This document shows, piece by piece, positions 38,306 to 51,484 of a DNA stretch of 64,000 nt. The first letter of the stretch is position 1, and each line of letters starts with the position of its first letter. A program made the translations under genes and the position numbers. Where the stretch lies: the NCBI RefSeq assembly GCF_006345805.1, contig NC_042999.1, positions 20,398,001 through 20,462,000 on the forward strand. Direction: 5' to 3'. Origin of the DNA: Octopus sinensis. Its lineage: Eukaryota. The notes beneath the pieces are model-generated. The model did not search any database and was not told the DNA's origin. It worked only from the letters and a program-made list of their open reading frames with translations.

Positions 38306-38760
38306 CACTCCACTCGTCTATCACTCTTTGAAATAGCTGCAGACTTGGGTTCTAAAGAAACGCTACCATGAGTAGAGATAAACTTTTAAAATATATTTTT
38401 AAAATAATTCCTTTGTGACTGCACTTATTCGGTAAGTGCAAGTCGATTCGCAGGAAATTGCGTCATCGTATGTCGTATGAGCAACTATAACCACACACAC
38501 ATAATGTCAAACAATATTTATTTACTGTTAGATTTTCAAAATGGATTCTTTATTTTTTTTCATTTTTCATTTATTTATTTTTGTTTTACACTGAAACGCT
38601 GTATCATCGAAAACATTTTGTTATATATTACCAGACAAGCTCACAAAAACATTACGGATATAAATGTATGTGAATATGTATATCTTGAAATGTTTATACG
38701 GTTTACAACAGATCTTGTACATGAATCCCACAGGTGGTATTATAGTATTTATTATATTTT

Positions 38761-38807
<47 letters not shown>

Positions 38808-38827
38808 CGTGTGTGTGTGTATGTATG

Positions 38828-38858
<31 letters not shown>

Positions 38859-39660
38859 GTATGTTCATATATATAGAGGTATGTGTGTGCACGGATCAGG
38901 GTGTTTGTATTAATGTATGTATGTATGTATGTATGTATGTATGTATATTTGTATGTATGTATGTATATATGTATGTATGAATTATCTTCACCTCTTGAAG
39001 CATATATATATATATATATATATATGAAGTCTACCGATAAAGATATTAAATTCATTCGTCATCTATATAAAGAAAGAACAACACTGTACATTTCACAATA
39101 TTATTCCGAGCATCAATTTTAGGATACCATATAAACGCAAATTGTTTGCTTTTTAAAGTAAGCTTTTGAATCAAGCGACCAAAAGTAGTTTGTTTCAATA
39201 AAAGGCTGTAAAGGAATAATAATTTCAATACATTTTCCTTGTTCGGTATTTTTGTTTTAAGTTCAACTTAAAAAGAAAATGGTAGTTCTGTCTACCAAGG
39301 ATGAAATTTACTGAATATGACTTTTATTTCATTTAAAATATATCTTGGTTTTATTTCATTTAAAACCGACCCTAATTTGTATTCGAGGAAGCTATTGGGG
39401 TTACGTCTACTAGGTTGAAATGCAGCATAGATTCGTCCTCTGATTTAAAAAATTAAGAAATTGTTAAGCATTATGTCCATTCTGACTTCTGTAATCTGCA
39501 ATGAAAAGCATGACGTCTCGTGTACGAAGATTTAGTATCGTTTTTAATCAAGGGTGGATGAGGCAAGAAGACTGTTAGGGCAGTCATAAGAGCATTGATT
39601 AGAATCTCTCATGCTGTTTTTCCGGCATTCTGCGATAAAATAACACAGGGATCAATTTGA

Positions 39661-40387
39661 CCTTTTACCATTTCGAGACCGAGAAATAAAATACCAGTCA
39701 AATATTAGATCTAAATAATTTTATTTTTACAATTTTCACTCTCACGCACTCAAAACTGTCTGTACTTCATAAGGCTGGGTTTTCTAAAAGAAACAGAATA
39801 AAACTATTTCAAGGAAGGCAAATTGAAACTACTTCTATTTGGCCTTTTACCATTTCGATACCGAGAAATAAAATACCAGTCAAATATTAGATCTAAATAA
39901 TTTTATTTTTACTATTTTCACTCTCACGCACTCAAAACTGTCTGTACTTAATAAGTCTGAGCTTTCTAAAAGAAACAGAATGAATCTATTTCAAGGAAGG
40001 CAAATTGAAACTACTTTTATTTGGCCTTTTACCATTTCGATACCGAGAAATAAAATACCAGTCAAATATTAGATCTAAATAATTTTATTTTTACAATTTT
40101 CACTCTCACGCACTCAAAACTGTCTGTACTTCATAAGTTTGAGTTTTCTAAAAGAAACAGAATAAAACTATTTCAAGGAAGGCAAATTGAAACTACTTCT
40201 ATTTGGCCTTTTACCATTTCGATACCGAAAAATAAAATACCAGTCAAATATTAGATCTAAATAATTTTATTTTTACTATTTTCACCCTCACGCACTCAGA
40301 ACTGTCTGTACTTCATAAGTCTGAGCTTTCTAAAAGAAACAGAATAAAACTACTTCAAGGAAGGCAAATTGAAACTACTTCTATTTT
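39661..40387. repeat. Tandem satellite, 4 x 182 bp
   Basis: CCTTTTACCATTTCGA starts at 39661, 39843, 40025 and 40207. Confidence 0.95.
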
Positions 40388-40581
40388 CTACAACAGAAAT
40401 TCTGACAAATATATAGTAACTCTTAAGAAAGTCATCATAATATTTTGTAATTGTCAAGAAAGTCACCATAACTGTGCAAAAAATATTTTAAAAGTGAAGT
40501 GAGACTTCAGATCTAATGTGTATATGACGGACATATAACTGATTCAGACATAGGCGGATTGGGTACGCAACTAGTTCAGAA

Positions 40582-40987
40582 AGGAGTGGCTGTGTGGTAA
40601 GTAGCTTGCTAACCAACCACATGGTTTCGGGTTCCGTCCCACTGCGTGGCATCTTGGGCAAGTGTCTTCTGCTATAGCCCCGGGCCGACCAATGCCTTGT
40701 GAGTGGATTTGGTAGACTGAAACTGAAAGAAGCCCGTAGTCTATATGTATATATATATATGTGTGTGTGTGTATGTGTTGTGTGTGTGTATGTGTTGTGT
40801 GTCTGTGTTTGTCCCCCGATGCTGGTGTGTTTACGTCCCCGTCATTTAGCGGTTTGGCAAAAGAGACCGATAGAATAAGTACTGGGCTTACAAAGAATAA
40901 GTCCCGGGGTCGATTTGCTCGACTAAAGGCGGTGCTCCAGCATGGCCGCAGTCAAATGACTGAAACAAGTAAAAGAGTAAAAGAGTA
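40582..40987 (+). mobile_element. SINE family B
   Basis: Young, near-consensus copy with (AAAAGAGT) tail. Confidence 0.93.
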
Positions 40988-42244
40988 TAGTTATTGTAAA
41001 ATAGACATACAGAAGAGAGAGTGTAACTATGGTTTTAGCCAATTTAGCAATCTGGTCATTTTGTCATGGGACGTTTCATAAAATGTCTGCGTATGTATAA
41101 TAGAATCATGCTAGATATGTGAGTAACATTCTTCTGCAATTCTTAGTCGAGGTTTGCCAGGGTCAATAATTGATTAATGGTTGAAATATTTTATCATCCT
41201 CATTAAGCTGCTTAAGACTTTGGAAAGCAGTTTTCGTAATGTTGTTTGTAATTGCCTGTAAACATTAATTAGTTCATTTAAAAAGCAAGCAATTATTTTG
41301 TTTGTTGTTTGTTTGTTTGTTTTTTTTTTCTGGTGTTTAACCCCCAAGAACCCAGACCGAGCAGAGAATGATAAAAAATATTCTAAATGTGACCATAACG
41401 TATTTTATTTCCAAACATAAAGTATTGAGGAAAACATTATCTAATTAAGCATCTTAATATTTGAGTTCATTTGTTAATAATATACGTTTTCAGGCTATTA
41501 ACCTCGTCTAATTTCATTCGTATCCGGTGCGATAATACGTATATATCCTAGTGAAGGCAGCAGATGAAACGGATCGAAACGCGGCGTAGGTGTAAATAAT
41601 AAAAAAAACGTCCATCACAAAAGAATGGGTTAATAGCATAAGAAATCATAACCGTACATTATGCAAAGAATTGATCATTTCTTTCTAAAGCTATTACGCA
41701 TATATATATATGTGCACAGCACACAAGCATACACATTCATTCATCACATGGTGATTAAATAACAAAAAGCAAATATACATACAGGCAAAAACGTTTGGGG
41801 TATAAATAGTTATGCAAGGTAATTTTCTAGAATAACAGAAGAGTGAGGTGAAATATGAGAGCGCAAAACGCACGGTTTGGCCAGTTTATATATGTGTGTT
41901 TGCTGTTAAATTTGTGGAAGAGATAGGGCAATTTTTCTTTTGCTCTGAACTCCCAAACTCGCTGCTATGCCAATGAGACTACATATACACATGGGGAAAC
42001 TCAATTACAGTAGCCAATAATGCATTATGTAATTCGTTTTTATTCTAACAAGACTGTTTGAAGAAGGTGTCAAGGGAAAATTAAATTCACAGTCAAGACA
42101 CTGTATATATATGTATACGTGCTTATCCGGAAAAATGGCTCCGGATTCAGTGCCACACCTCCGGCAAGTGTCTTCTACTATAGCATCGGCCGAATGAAGT
42201 CTTATAAGAGATGTGGTAGGCGGAAACTCAAATAAGCCAATCCT

Positions 42245-42282
42245 ATACATACTTACATACGTACATACATACATGCATGCAT

Positions 42283-42330
<48 letters not shown>

Positions 42331-42496
42331 GGTGGTTGTCAAACTGTGGAGGCCCAGTGGTTAAGGCTGTGGATTCGCGATTGTAAGATCGCGGTTTCGA
42401 TTCCCAGGCTGGGTGTTGTGAGAGTTTATTGAACGAAAACACCCAACGCTCCACGAGGCTCCCGCAAGGATTGTTGGTGAAATCATACATACATAC

Positions 42497-42581
<85 letters not shown>

Positions 42582-42619
42582 CATATATATATACATATAT
42601 ATACATACATTCATGTATA

Positions 42620-42652
<33 letters not shown>

Positions 42653-42820
42653 CATAATATATATGTATATACGGCCACGGATCGAAACCGCAATCTTACG
42701 ATCGCGAGTCCACAGCCTTAACCACTGGGCCTCCACAGTTTGAAAACCGCCATATGTGTGGGTGTGTATGTGTGTGTGCATGCATGGCATGTATGTATGT
42801 ACGTATGTATGTATGTATAT
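42245..42820. repeat. Inverted duplication containing two convergent family C heads around a (TA)n spacer
   Basis: CATATGGTGGTTGTCAAACTGTGGAGGCCCAGTGGTTAAGGCTGTGGA versus TCCACAGCCTTAACCACTGGGCCTCCACAGTTTGAAAACCGCCATATG. Confidence 0.85.
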
Positions 42821-42821
42821 A

Positions 42822-42875
<54 letters not shown>

Positions 42876-44826
42876 TATATACATACGTATATGTACATAC
42901 TTAGATATGTACGTATATACATATGCATATGGTGGCACAAGACGTCACAGAACGTAAACAAGATAAAATACGAAAACATGAACGAAATACGAATACACGG
43001 GATATTAACTATTCGTGTGAACAACGAAAGAAACAAATGGAAAACAAGACAAGCAACACAAAGAACGACCCTTCATCAGTTGTCGGCTGGTTTTCTAATC
43101 CGTATTTTGAGCCATTGAAGACAAGATACGCCTTGAATAAAACAGTTGCTTCCGCAAAGCAAATTAAATAAAATTTGGGTTTTTGCGGAGTGTCAAAACT
43201 GGTAACAAAAACAGGATAGTGAAAACAAACAGGAAGGGGTGCTAAGCCTAAACGAGGTCGTGGTGGCGAATGCGGAAGTGTAAGCTTGGACAGGAGACAG
43301 ACAAAAATGCGTCTGATCCCTCTAGCTGAATCAGAAAGAAAGAAAGTTAGGAAAAGAAAGATAGACGACCGATGGTCACGTGGAAGCATCGAGAAACCAA
43401 AGGAAGAAGTGTGAGTGAGAGAGAGTGACAGTCAGATAACGGCAAAGGGGAGAGGAAAAGATTGAGAGAAAGGATAAGAGAGAAAAATCGAGAGGGGTAC
43501 AAATGGGGACAAATGTATTAGAGAAAGGAAAGGAGAAAACGAAAGTGTAATAGAATAGAATAAAATTATCGCATCAGAATTACTAAGATAAAACTTACTT
43601 GGAAATGGGTGCATCACGTTTAATCATATAATATAAATAAGATATAATCTATATATACATACCTATATGTAAAAACTGACATATATACACATATACATAT
43701 GCAGATATATACATGCATACATACATACATACATACTACATACATACATACATACATACATACATACATACATACATACGTATATATATATATGTGTGTG
43801 TGTGTGTATGTATATATATATATAAGTGCGTACATATGTATGTATGTATGTATGCATGTATATATGTTTGTGTGTGAGTGTATGTACCTATCTGCTTGAT
43901 TTGTTTTTTTGGGGGCATTTAGATGTACGTCGTAAATTCCTTGTATTTATTTCGTTAGTGGATGCAACTCGCTCAAAAGAGTCGTAATTGAAAATATGCA
44001 CAGCTCTTCAAAAGAATTGGTAACGCTCTATGCACTAGTTAAGATATAATTGACAAAATACACAGAATGGAATCCAGCAAAAAGAAACCAATCAAAGAAT
44101 TAAAAGACATAAGAATACTTGATCCACAGTTTTATCTTTGGATAAGGTATTTGCGCACATGAATTACTGACTTAACAAGTAATTTATCATCATCAATTCT
44201 ATCGCCATTATCATCACGCTCATCACGCTCATAACGTTTGTCATTAGCTCATCATCATCGTCACTACCCTCACCACGACAACCGTCTTCGCCTTCGTTAT
44301 CATCGACATTGTTGTCATCAACGTGATCACTGTTAACATCATCGTATATTGATTATGATTTAAGTTCTCTTTTGTTATGTACAGAATTATATTATGTGTC
44401 TCTGTTCAGTGTTATGTGTAATAAATCAAAGGTCCAGAGTATTAGTCATCATTTATTTTAATACAATCGTGTAACTGTTTCTTATGAAGCATGTAATTAC
44501 AAGAGGACAGCTGTTCTGAATATCAAACTGTATTTATGTGTGTTAGTGTACCTCCTGTGTATGTGGTATTTCATACAATCAAGCATATTCTCTCTCTACA
44601 TATACATGTACTTTTGTAAGCGTGGAGTGTGTATGCGTATATGGAGTGTGTATGTGTACATGGAGTTTGTATGTGTATTTGAATGTCTGTGTTTGTGAAT
44701 GTGAGTGTTGAGTGAGAGTGATAGATGTTAACACAGCGATTCTAAAACGTTTTCACACCACTGTCATTCTGTCCGTGCACCCTGTGCCGCATTTTCTTTA
44801 ATATCATCTAAGCGTTCTCATCTAAG

Positions 44827-45057
44827 GGCGGCGAGCTGGCAGAAACGTTAGCACGCCGGGCGAAATGCTTAGTGGTATTTCGTCTGCCGCTACGTTCTGA
44901 GTTCAAATTCCGCCGAGGTCGACTTTGCCTTTCATCCTTTCGGGGTCGATAAATAAAGTACCAGTTTCGCACTGGGGTCGATGTAATCGACTTAATCCCT
45001 TTGTCTGTCCTTGTTTGTCCCCTCTATGTTTAGCCCCTTGTGGGTAGCAAAGAAATA
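44827..45057 (+). mobile_element. SINE family A, near-consensus monomer
   Basis: GGCGGCGAGCTGGCAGAAACGTTAGCACGCCGGG...GTTCAAATTCC...GCCTTTCATCCTTTCGGGGTCGATAAAT; the core resembles the Nin/Deu-type SINE domain. Confidence 0.93.
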
Positions 45058-45169
45058 TATAATAATTGCCCAGGCCAATGGGTTGCAAATCGCAATAGAA
45101 TATAACAAAACTTGACGTCATTACCATATCGGAAAAGACCCTTTCAACTGTACTTCACAGGGCATAATC

Positions 45170-46505
45170 TTAATATTCTAAAATCATGTTAACATTCGAA
45201 AACCAAATTAAAACTAACTCAAACAAGTATAATTCTACACGGAAGTCAAAGCTCGCAGAAATGGAGCAGAGAAAACTGAAACATGCTGTATCAAAAAACA
45301 AAAAACTTACCGAGGCGCAGGAGTGGATGTGTAGTAAGTAGCTTGCTTACCAACCACATGGTTCTGGGTTCAGTCCCACTGCGTGACACCTTGGGCAAGT
45401 GTCTTCTACTATTGCCTCAGGCCGACCCAAGCCTTGAGAGTGGATTTGGTAGACGAAAACTGAAAGAGGCCCGTCGTATATATGTATATATATGTATGTG
45501 TGTATATGTATGTGTGTGTATATGTCTGTGTCTGTGTTTGTTCCCTCAACATCGCTTGACAACCGATGCTGGTGTGTTTACGTCCCCGTAGCTTTGCGGT
45601 TCGGCAAAACAGACCGATAGAATAAGTACTAAGCTTACAAAGAATAAGTCCTGGGGTTGATTTGCTTTACTAAAGGCGGTGCTCCAGCATGGCCACAGTC
45701 ACATGACTGAAACAAGTAAAAGAGTAACCATGCTAGCAAAAAAGACGGCATAGTCATTCGACCATCACCACCTTACTAGCTTTGTGTCAACTAAAACTGC
45801 TCATCGTCAGCTCTACAAAGCTGCATACCACGAGAGGATTGCAATTGCTAAACTTCTGTCCCTTGCCAAGAATACTAAACTGGAAAATGTCTTGTCTAGA
45901 CAATTGGAAACACATAATACTCAATGTCATCCCTAATGAAACCTATACACCCTTTTACCAACTTAGGGACGAGTTTATGCCTGGATATCGCTCAAAGTAA
46001 CTTTCATCTCTGACCGTTTGACTCCTACTCGGAAGCGTAGCAGTGTCTCTGATTATTTGAGCAACCACAACACGGAATTCTCCTTGCCTCTTAGTTGTTC
46101 TTCATAACAGTTTACGTCAAAGATTATCTGAGTATTTTAGCGGCTTGTGTCTATCCAATGGGACAGACACGTTTCCGTGGCTGAAGGGTAATCTTTCAGA
46201 ACGGTAATGCGAGAATTCACACGGAAAAAGTTATTAAAAATTAGTGCAAATAGTACATAAATGAAGAAGAACACTTAGATGGATTCCCAAACTCATCGGT
46301 TCTTAATATAATCGAACATTTGCGGTACCCTTTCAAGGAGTCAGTAAGAAGCTGTTTTCTGTCACCGTGGTCGCCGAGAGAGCTGAAGCAGATTTTACTA
46401 AAACATAGGCTAAAATTATAGTAACAACCATTCAAAGCCTGTACGAATCACTTCCTCGACTTAGTAAATCTGTGATTGATTCCAAAAGTAGACGGATGCC
46501 ATAAC
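45170..46505 (+). pseudogene. Decayed Tc1-family transposase interrupted by a family B SINE (45314-45727)
   Basis: SKIMLTFENQIKTNSNKYNSTRKSKL...KNKKLT | VSTKTAHRQLYKAAYHERIAIAKLL...W...IFQNGNARIHT (QDDNAP.H-like)...NSSVLNIIEHL (SPDLN.IE-like)...TIQSLYESLPRL..VIDSK. Confidence 0.85.
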
Positions 46506-47639
46506 AAATAAGAAAACTTCAATTTAACAAATTGTTTCCGTTATTTTGTACTTCTATTGTATTAATATCTATCAATCAATCAATCAATCAATCAATCAAT
46601 TAATCACTCAATCAGTCAATCAATTAATCACTCAATCAGTCAATCAGTCTATCTATCAATCTATCTGTAATCTCTCTCGGAATATATATAAATAAATAAA
46701 TATATATATATATACAAATATGTATATCAATATGTATACATAAATTTACCAAGCAAATATGCGCTCGTCCTCATACACACAAGTATATATATACACACAC
46801 ACACAGACATACATACACGCATAAATTTCCGACTACTTTGCTCAATGTTTCCTCACCACGTATCAGCAACTAGTTACTGACAAATGTGAATTTACGATTT
46901 TTAAGACGGTTGTCCAAAGTGCCACGCATATAAATTGAAACCGTGACCTCGTGGTGATCATATAGTGGCGAAGTTCGTAGCTATACATCTGTTCACACAC
47001 CTATATTATATAAAATGGTAATTGTAAACAATCAACGTTGCTAAACAAAGAACAGTCAAGAGGTCGTTATAAATTGCAACTGAATATGTGATTAAAGAAA
47101 AAGAAGTGATTGATTCTGAAGGTTATAGAATAAATGTCAGCGAATGAGAAATGTTGGCTAAGATATTTGAATACATCACTCAAGCTAGACAGTCAGAGAT
47201 CAACTAGAAAGAGCATTGCAATTTCTCAAGGTGTAAGAAGAGAAGACGATGTCACCATATCTGTTATTGGAAAACGATGCAATGTAAAGAGTTAGCACAT
47301 ATGACTTTCTTTTTTGTGTAAGTGTTCGTGTGAGAGTGAGAGTGTTCTTGTGTATGTGTGAGAGAGTTCTTTTGTGTGTGAGCATGCATATGTGTGTTCG
47401 TGTGATTGTGTGACTCTCTATATGTGTGTGTTTGTGTTTGTGTAATGAGAAGCAGCTTAGAAATAGTAACGGAAAGCAATGGCACAATGACATGTAAAAA
47501 TCTTTTGTTGGGTTTCGATGTTATCGTGTGATCTCAATATTAAGCTACTAAAATGTTCACATATCAGTTCTCTGAAACTATCATGTTATTTAATATAGAA
47601 CAGATTAAAATACTCCTGCGTAGAATATTTATAGTGTGT

Positions 47640-47890
47640 ATGGCGTAGGTATGTGGTTAAGAAGCTTGCTTCGAAACCATATGCCTACGGGTTCAGTCCC
47701 ACTGCGCAGCACCTTCAACATAATTTTTTCTGTTACAACACCGATCTGATTGATATTTTGTGAGTGAATTTGGTAGAAACGGTGCGGAAGCATGTCGGTT
47801 TCAGAGATATGTACGTATGTGTGTGTGTGTATTTGTGGTTGTGTCACGCCGCTTGACAAATGCTGTTAGCTTGTGTACGTGGCCGCAACT
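47640..47890 (+). mobile_element. SINE family B, old degenerate copy
   Basis: TGTGGTTAAGAAGCTTGCTT...GGGTTCAGTCCCACTGCG...GTGAGTGAATTTGGTAGA. Confidence 0.75.
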
Positions 47891-48001
47891 TGAAGAAGAC
47901 TGAGAGGAGGCTAAATATTGTTACATGTTAGTTTTAGCTAACAATCTATACTTGTAAACCAACCATATTCATGTTAATCTGGTATAGTTAGAGATATCAT
48001 G

Positions 48002-48250
48002 TGGAGACGAGTGGCTTAGTGGTTAGGGTGTTTGTATCATGATCGTAAGATTGTGGTTTCGATTCCTGGACCGGGTGACGCGTTGTGTTCTTGAGCAAAG
48101 CACTTCTTTTCACGTTGCTCCAGTCCACTCAGCTGGCAAAAATAAGTAACGCTGCGATGGACTGGCGTCCCCTCCAACTGGGGAACAAATACGCCATAGA
48201 AACCGAGAAACCAGACCCATGAGCCTGGCTAGGCTTTAAAAGGGCGCATT
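48002..48250 (+). mobile_element. SINE family C variant (V/CORE-like body + alternative tail)
   Basis: GTGGCTTAGTGGTTAGGG head; GTGTTCTTGAGCAAAGCACTT...CCAGTCCACTCAGCTG body; GCGATGGACTGGCGTCCC...CCCATGAGCCTGGCTAGGC tail. Confidence 0.85.
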
Positions 48251-48691
48251 TATTATTTATTTTAGATATATCATACCGCTGTTGCTGTATTCTGTGCAGG
48301 GTATCTTAATCTGAATTCGGTAAATTACGATAACTAATGCTGGGTTTTCATAAAACAGTCATTACTGAATCATTTGTGTTAAACTCACATATTATCAACG
48401 TGAGAAAAATAACTTTTGTCAGCATAACTAATAAGAGAAAGTGAGATACATTCATCTAAAACTAACACTTAATTTTTCACGATGCATAACTCAGTAGCGT
48501 TTTGTATTAATTAACAAATCTTGTCAGTAGATTTGAATGTTGTAACATGATTCAACAAAATATGTTTATAAGACTGCCATATAAGTATGGCGATAACTAT
48601 TAATTTCCAGTAACGCTGCCGTAATCTCCTTTAGAGAGACTTAGTAATTTTAATATTTCTATTATATATATATATATATATATACATATAT

Positions 48692-49075
48692 ACTAGCAGT
48701 ATCGCCTGGCGTAGCTCGGGTTTGTTTCGACCCTTTAGAATTGGAATTTTTGAAAAGTAAATAGTTTGCATTATGTAGCTTGTTATTATCTTTAAGTGAA
48801 CTTTTTTCTGGTTGAAATACACCGAAAATAGCGACACAGCAGTCAAATAATCGTAAAAAATAGGGATTTTCATAGAAAAAAAGCACCTTTTTGATGTAAA
48901 TAATTTTGGGCGTTAACATGGTCCGATTTGAATTGTTTCTGCTACAAAAAGATGAACAAGCCTCTTCTATCATACGTTCAATTTTGGTCAACTTGCGCCG
49001 CAGGGTCTCGGATGAGATAGTGTTAGTTGAAGGCTACCAAACCTGTCATACACAGACAACTTCAGCTTTATATAT
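48692..49075 (+). mobile_element. Helitron-like non-autonomous element
   Basis: Starts (T)ACTAGCAGTATCGCCTGGCGTAGCTCGGG (sub-terminal GC hairpin) and ends ACAGACAACTTCAGCTTTATATAT in a TA context; resembles invertebrate Helitron-derived repeats. Confidence 0.6.
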
Positions 49076-49490
49076 TTGCGTATGGGTTTAAAGAATATTA
49101 GCGTATGTGTACATTGGGAATATTTCACTGGAAGTGCAAATGTGAGTTTAGATATTTGTAAGTGTATCAAGCGTATGTTTAATATTACATTAATATTTAT
49201 TGTTATTAACATGCATGCATGTATATTTATGTTAATGTACAAAAGACTTGGGTGCTTGCGCTTCTGTTATTAGATACAAGTGTAGAAGCATCAACGTTGC
49301 GTTTGTTGTTTCATTTATATTTCATGAGTTATACATATTAACGTGTTTTATTTCTTTATTACCCACTAGGGGCGACACAGAGGGGACACCACAATACATG
49401 GGACATAGAACATTATAATTAAATTTATGAAGAATGAATTATTACATGAAAATAATGATAATATGAAAGCCATCCGTTAGCATCACTTAC

Positions 49491-49602
49491 CTCTCCTTTG
49501 GTTTTCACCGTCACTTGAATGTTCATTCCCAATACGAATACCTTCCATATCCATTCTTACTCCGAAATACTCCTCCATATTTTCCACGAATTCATCGCTC
49601 AT
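49491..49602 (-). CDS. Candidate first coding segment MSDEFVENMEEYFGVRMDMEGIRIGNEHSSDGENQRR, within a putative exon 49491-49778
   Basis: Acceptor ttgttcttatag|G at 49778, in-frame upstream TAA, AGAATGA start context, perfect donor GAG|gtaagt. Confidence 0.35.
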
Positions 49603-50471
49603 TCTTGTGTCTTTCACCTCCCAATTCTCCCTTTCAATACATATTAACGTGTTTGAGAATATATGTGTGCGTGTGCCTGCTTGTTAAAAGTGAGATTGCC
49701 ATCACGTGCTCGAGTCTATTCATGTTGGTTATATTACAGCGTTAATCTCAACGAATTCAAAGCAAGATGCCACATTTCCTATAAGAACAATTTAGAAACT
49801 AATACGAATTTCAGACAGAAGGTAAGTGTGAAGATAATGACAGAAGGGGGGGGGGTAGAAAGAAGAGAGAATGAATAAACTAGGTGAAATGATAATAGGT
49901 GGGAATAATTAGAGTAAGTGATAATTTAGAGTAAGAAATATAAGAGATGAAAGGAATGTTTAATAATTGCTGAAGAAGAGAAAGATATGGACATCAATAT
50001 TAGTAAACAAAGATAGACGTTATTAGAAGTATGGCAATAAAAACACTACGGTTATGAATGCAGGCTGTTGATTTGGTATTGAAAGGAAGAAAGCCCTTTC
50101 AGTATTCGATATTTAACAAGAAAAAGGAAGTTAATTATGAATTAAAAGGACATCACTTTACTTTGAAGTAAATTTATATGTGCTCAGTGATTCTGTAGAA
50201 AATACTGCATCTTTCATCTTTCGGTCACATTTTTCATCACAAAGCCTCCTCACTTATACAATAATTAAAATCCATGTGACCGACTATGATGTCACCGCAA
50301 CTTCATTTGGTAATTTGGTAATTTAGGAATAAGTATGACAGCAAAAAAAAAAAAATAAATAAAAGAAAACAGTAGCATCATTTCTTTGTTCCAAAGTAGG
50401 TTTTATGGCTAAGTATTCCTTAACAGTGTGTAGAGCCTGATCCCAGAGTAGACATCAGCTTATTTGCTTAC

Positions 50472-50504
50472 CTGGTAGAGTTTCTTTGTCATATACCCTT
50501 TCAC
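50472..50504 (-). other. Candidate 33-nt micro-exon
   Basis: ctctcactcttgaacag|GTGAAAGG...CTACCAG|gtaagc. Confidence 0.3.
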
Positions 50505-51009
50505 CTGTTCAAGAGTGAGAGGTTGTATAATTCACCATCTCTTGAATAACTCGGCTGCAAGATTTAGGAAACTCATCTCCATCAAATAATAAACTACCCC
50601 AGAGAAAAGGAAGGAAACCGTTTAATAATGCATTCTTACATATACAATACTCGAGGAAGGATGTCTATAGGTCTAAGGACTTTACAAACATTTCATTTCA
50701 ATGCGAGCTGAAGTAGGGCTCAGTAACAATAAAAGCTTTAACAACAGCAACCACAATAACAGCAACAACACGCTATAATAACTAAAGGCGATATAATATG
50801 AAATGAAATTTAATCTTTCCTACATATTCGCCAATTTCATTTTCGAGATATATAAGCTGGATACTTCCTGATTATCGATTCGTTATTTCTATGAAATATG
50901 ATACACCTCTCATCATTTTCTGTTGTTGTTTTTTTTTTAATTTGCTCTGAAAGCATTCTGGTGTTCTGAGATGTCTATATAGAACTTATACCATTAATCA
51001 TTTAATATA

Positions 51010-51308
51010 GGAGCACTCCGTCGGTTACGACGACGACGTTCCCAGCTGATTCGATCAACGGAAGAGCCTGCTCATGAACTTAACGTGCAAGTGACAGAGC
51101 AATCCACAGACACGCGTACCCCTAACGTAGTTCTCAGGGGGATTCAGCGCGACACAAAGTGTGACAAGGCTGGTCCTTTAAAATACAGGTACTACTCATT
51201 TTTGTCAGCTGAGTCGACTGGAGCAACGTGAAATAAAGTGTCTTGCTCAAGGAAACAACGCGTCACCGGGAATCGAACTCACGACCTTACACTAAGCCAC
51301 GCGCCTTC
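51010..51308 (-). mobile_element. SINE family C variant (V/CORE-like body + standard C tail)
   Basis: GCACTCCGTCGGTTACGACGACG tail joined to CAGCTGAGT.GACTGGAGCAACG...CTTGCTCAAG body. Confidence 0.85.
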
Positions 51309-51484
51309 GCTTTCATTTAATATACACAGTATTTAAATACGATCTACTTATAGTTTCATGCTGCGGAAGCACAGTAATTCGACTGATTTATATATCGTGC
51401 CTTATGATTCCAAGCAACCCATCAGGCTCCAATACACATGGTTGTATTCAAACCTTTTGAATCGCTTGAAGACACAAAGCACGA

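Noticed and set aside
39661-40387. CRISPR-like array
   Set aside because: Whole 182-bp units repeat with no unique spacers; eukaryotic context and no cas genes.
41545-41600. Penelope-like GAAACGCG..TAGG motif
   Set aside because: No intact CUGANGA core or stem II.
43040-43090. Minus-strand CTGATGAAGGG as a hammerhead
   Set aside because: No downstream stem II-GAAA.
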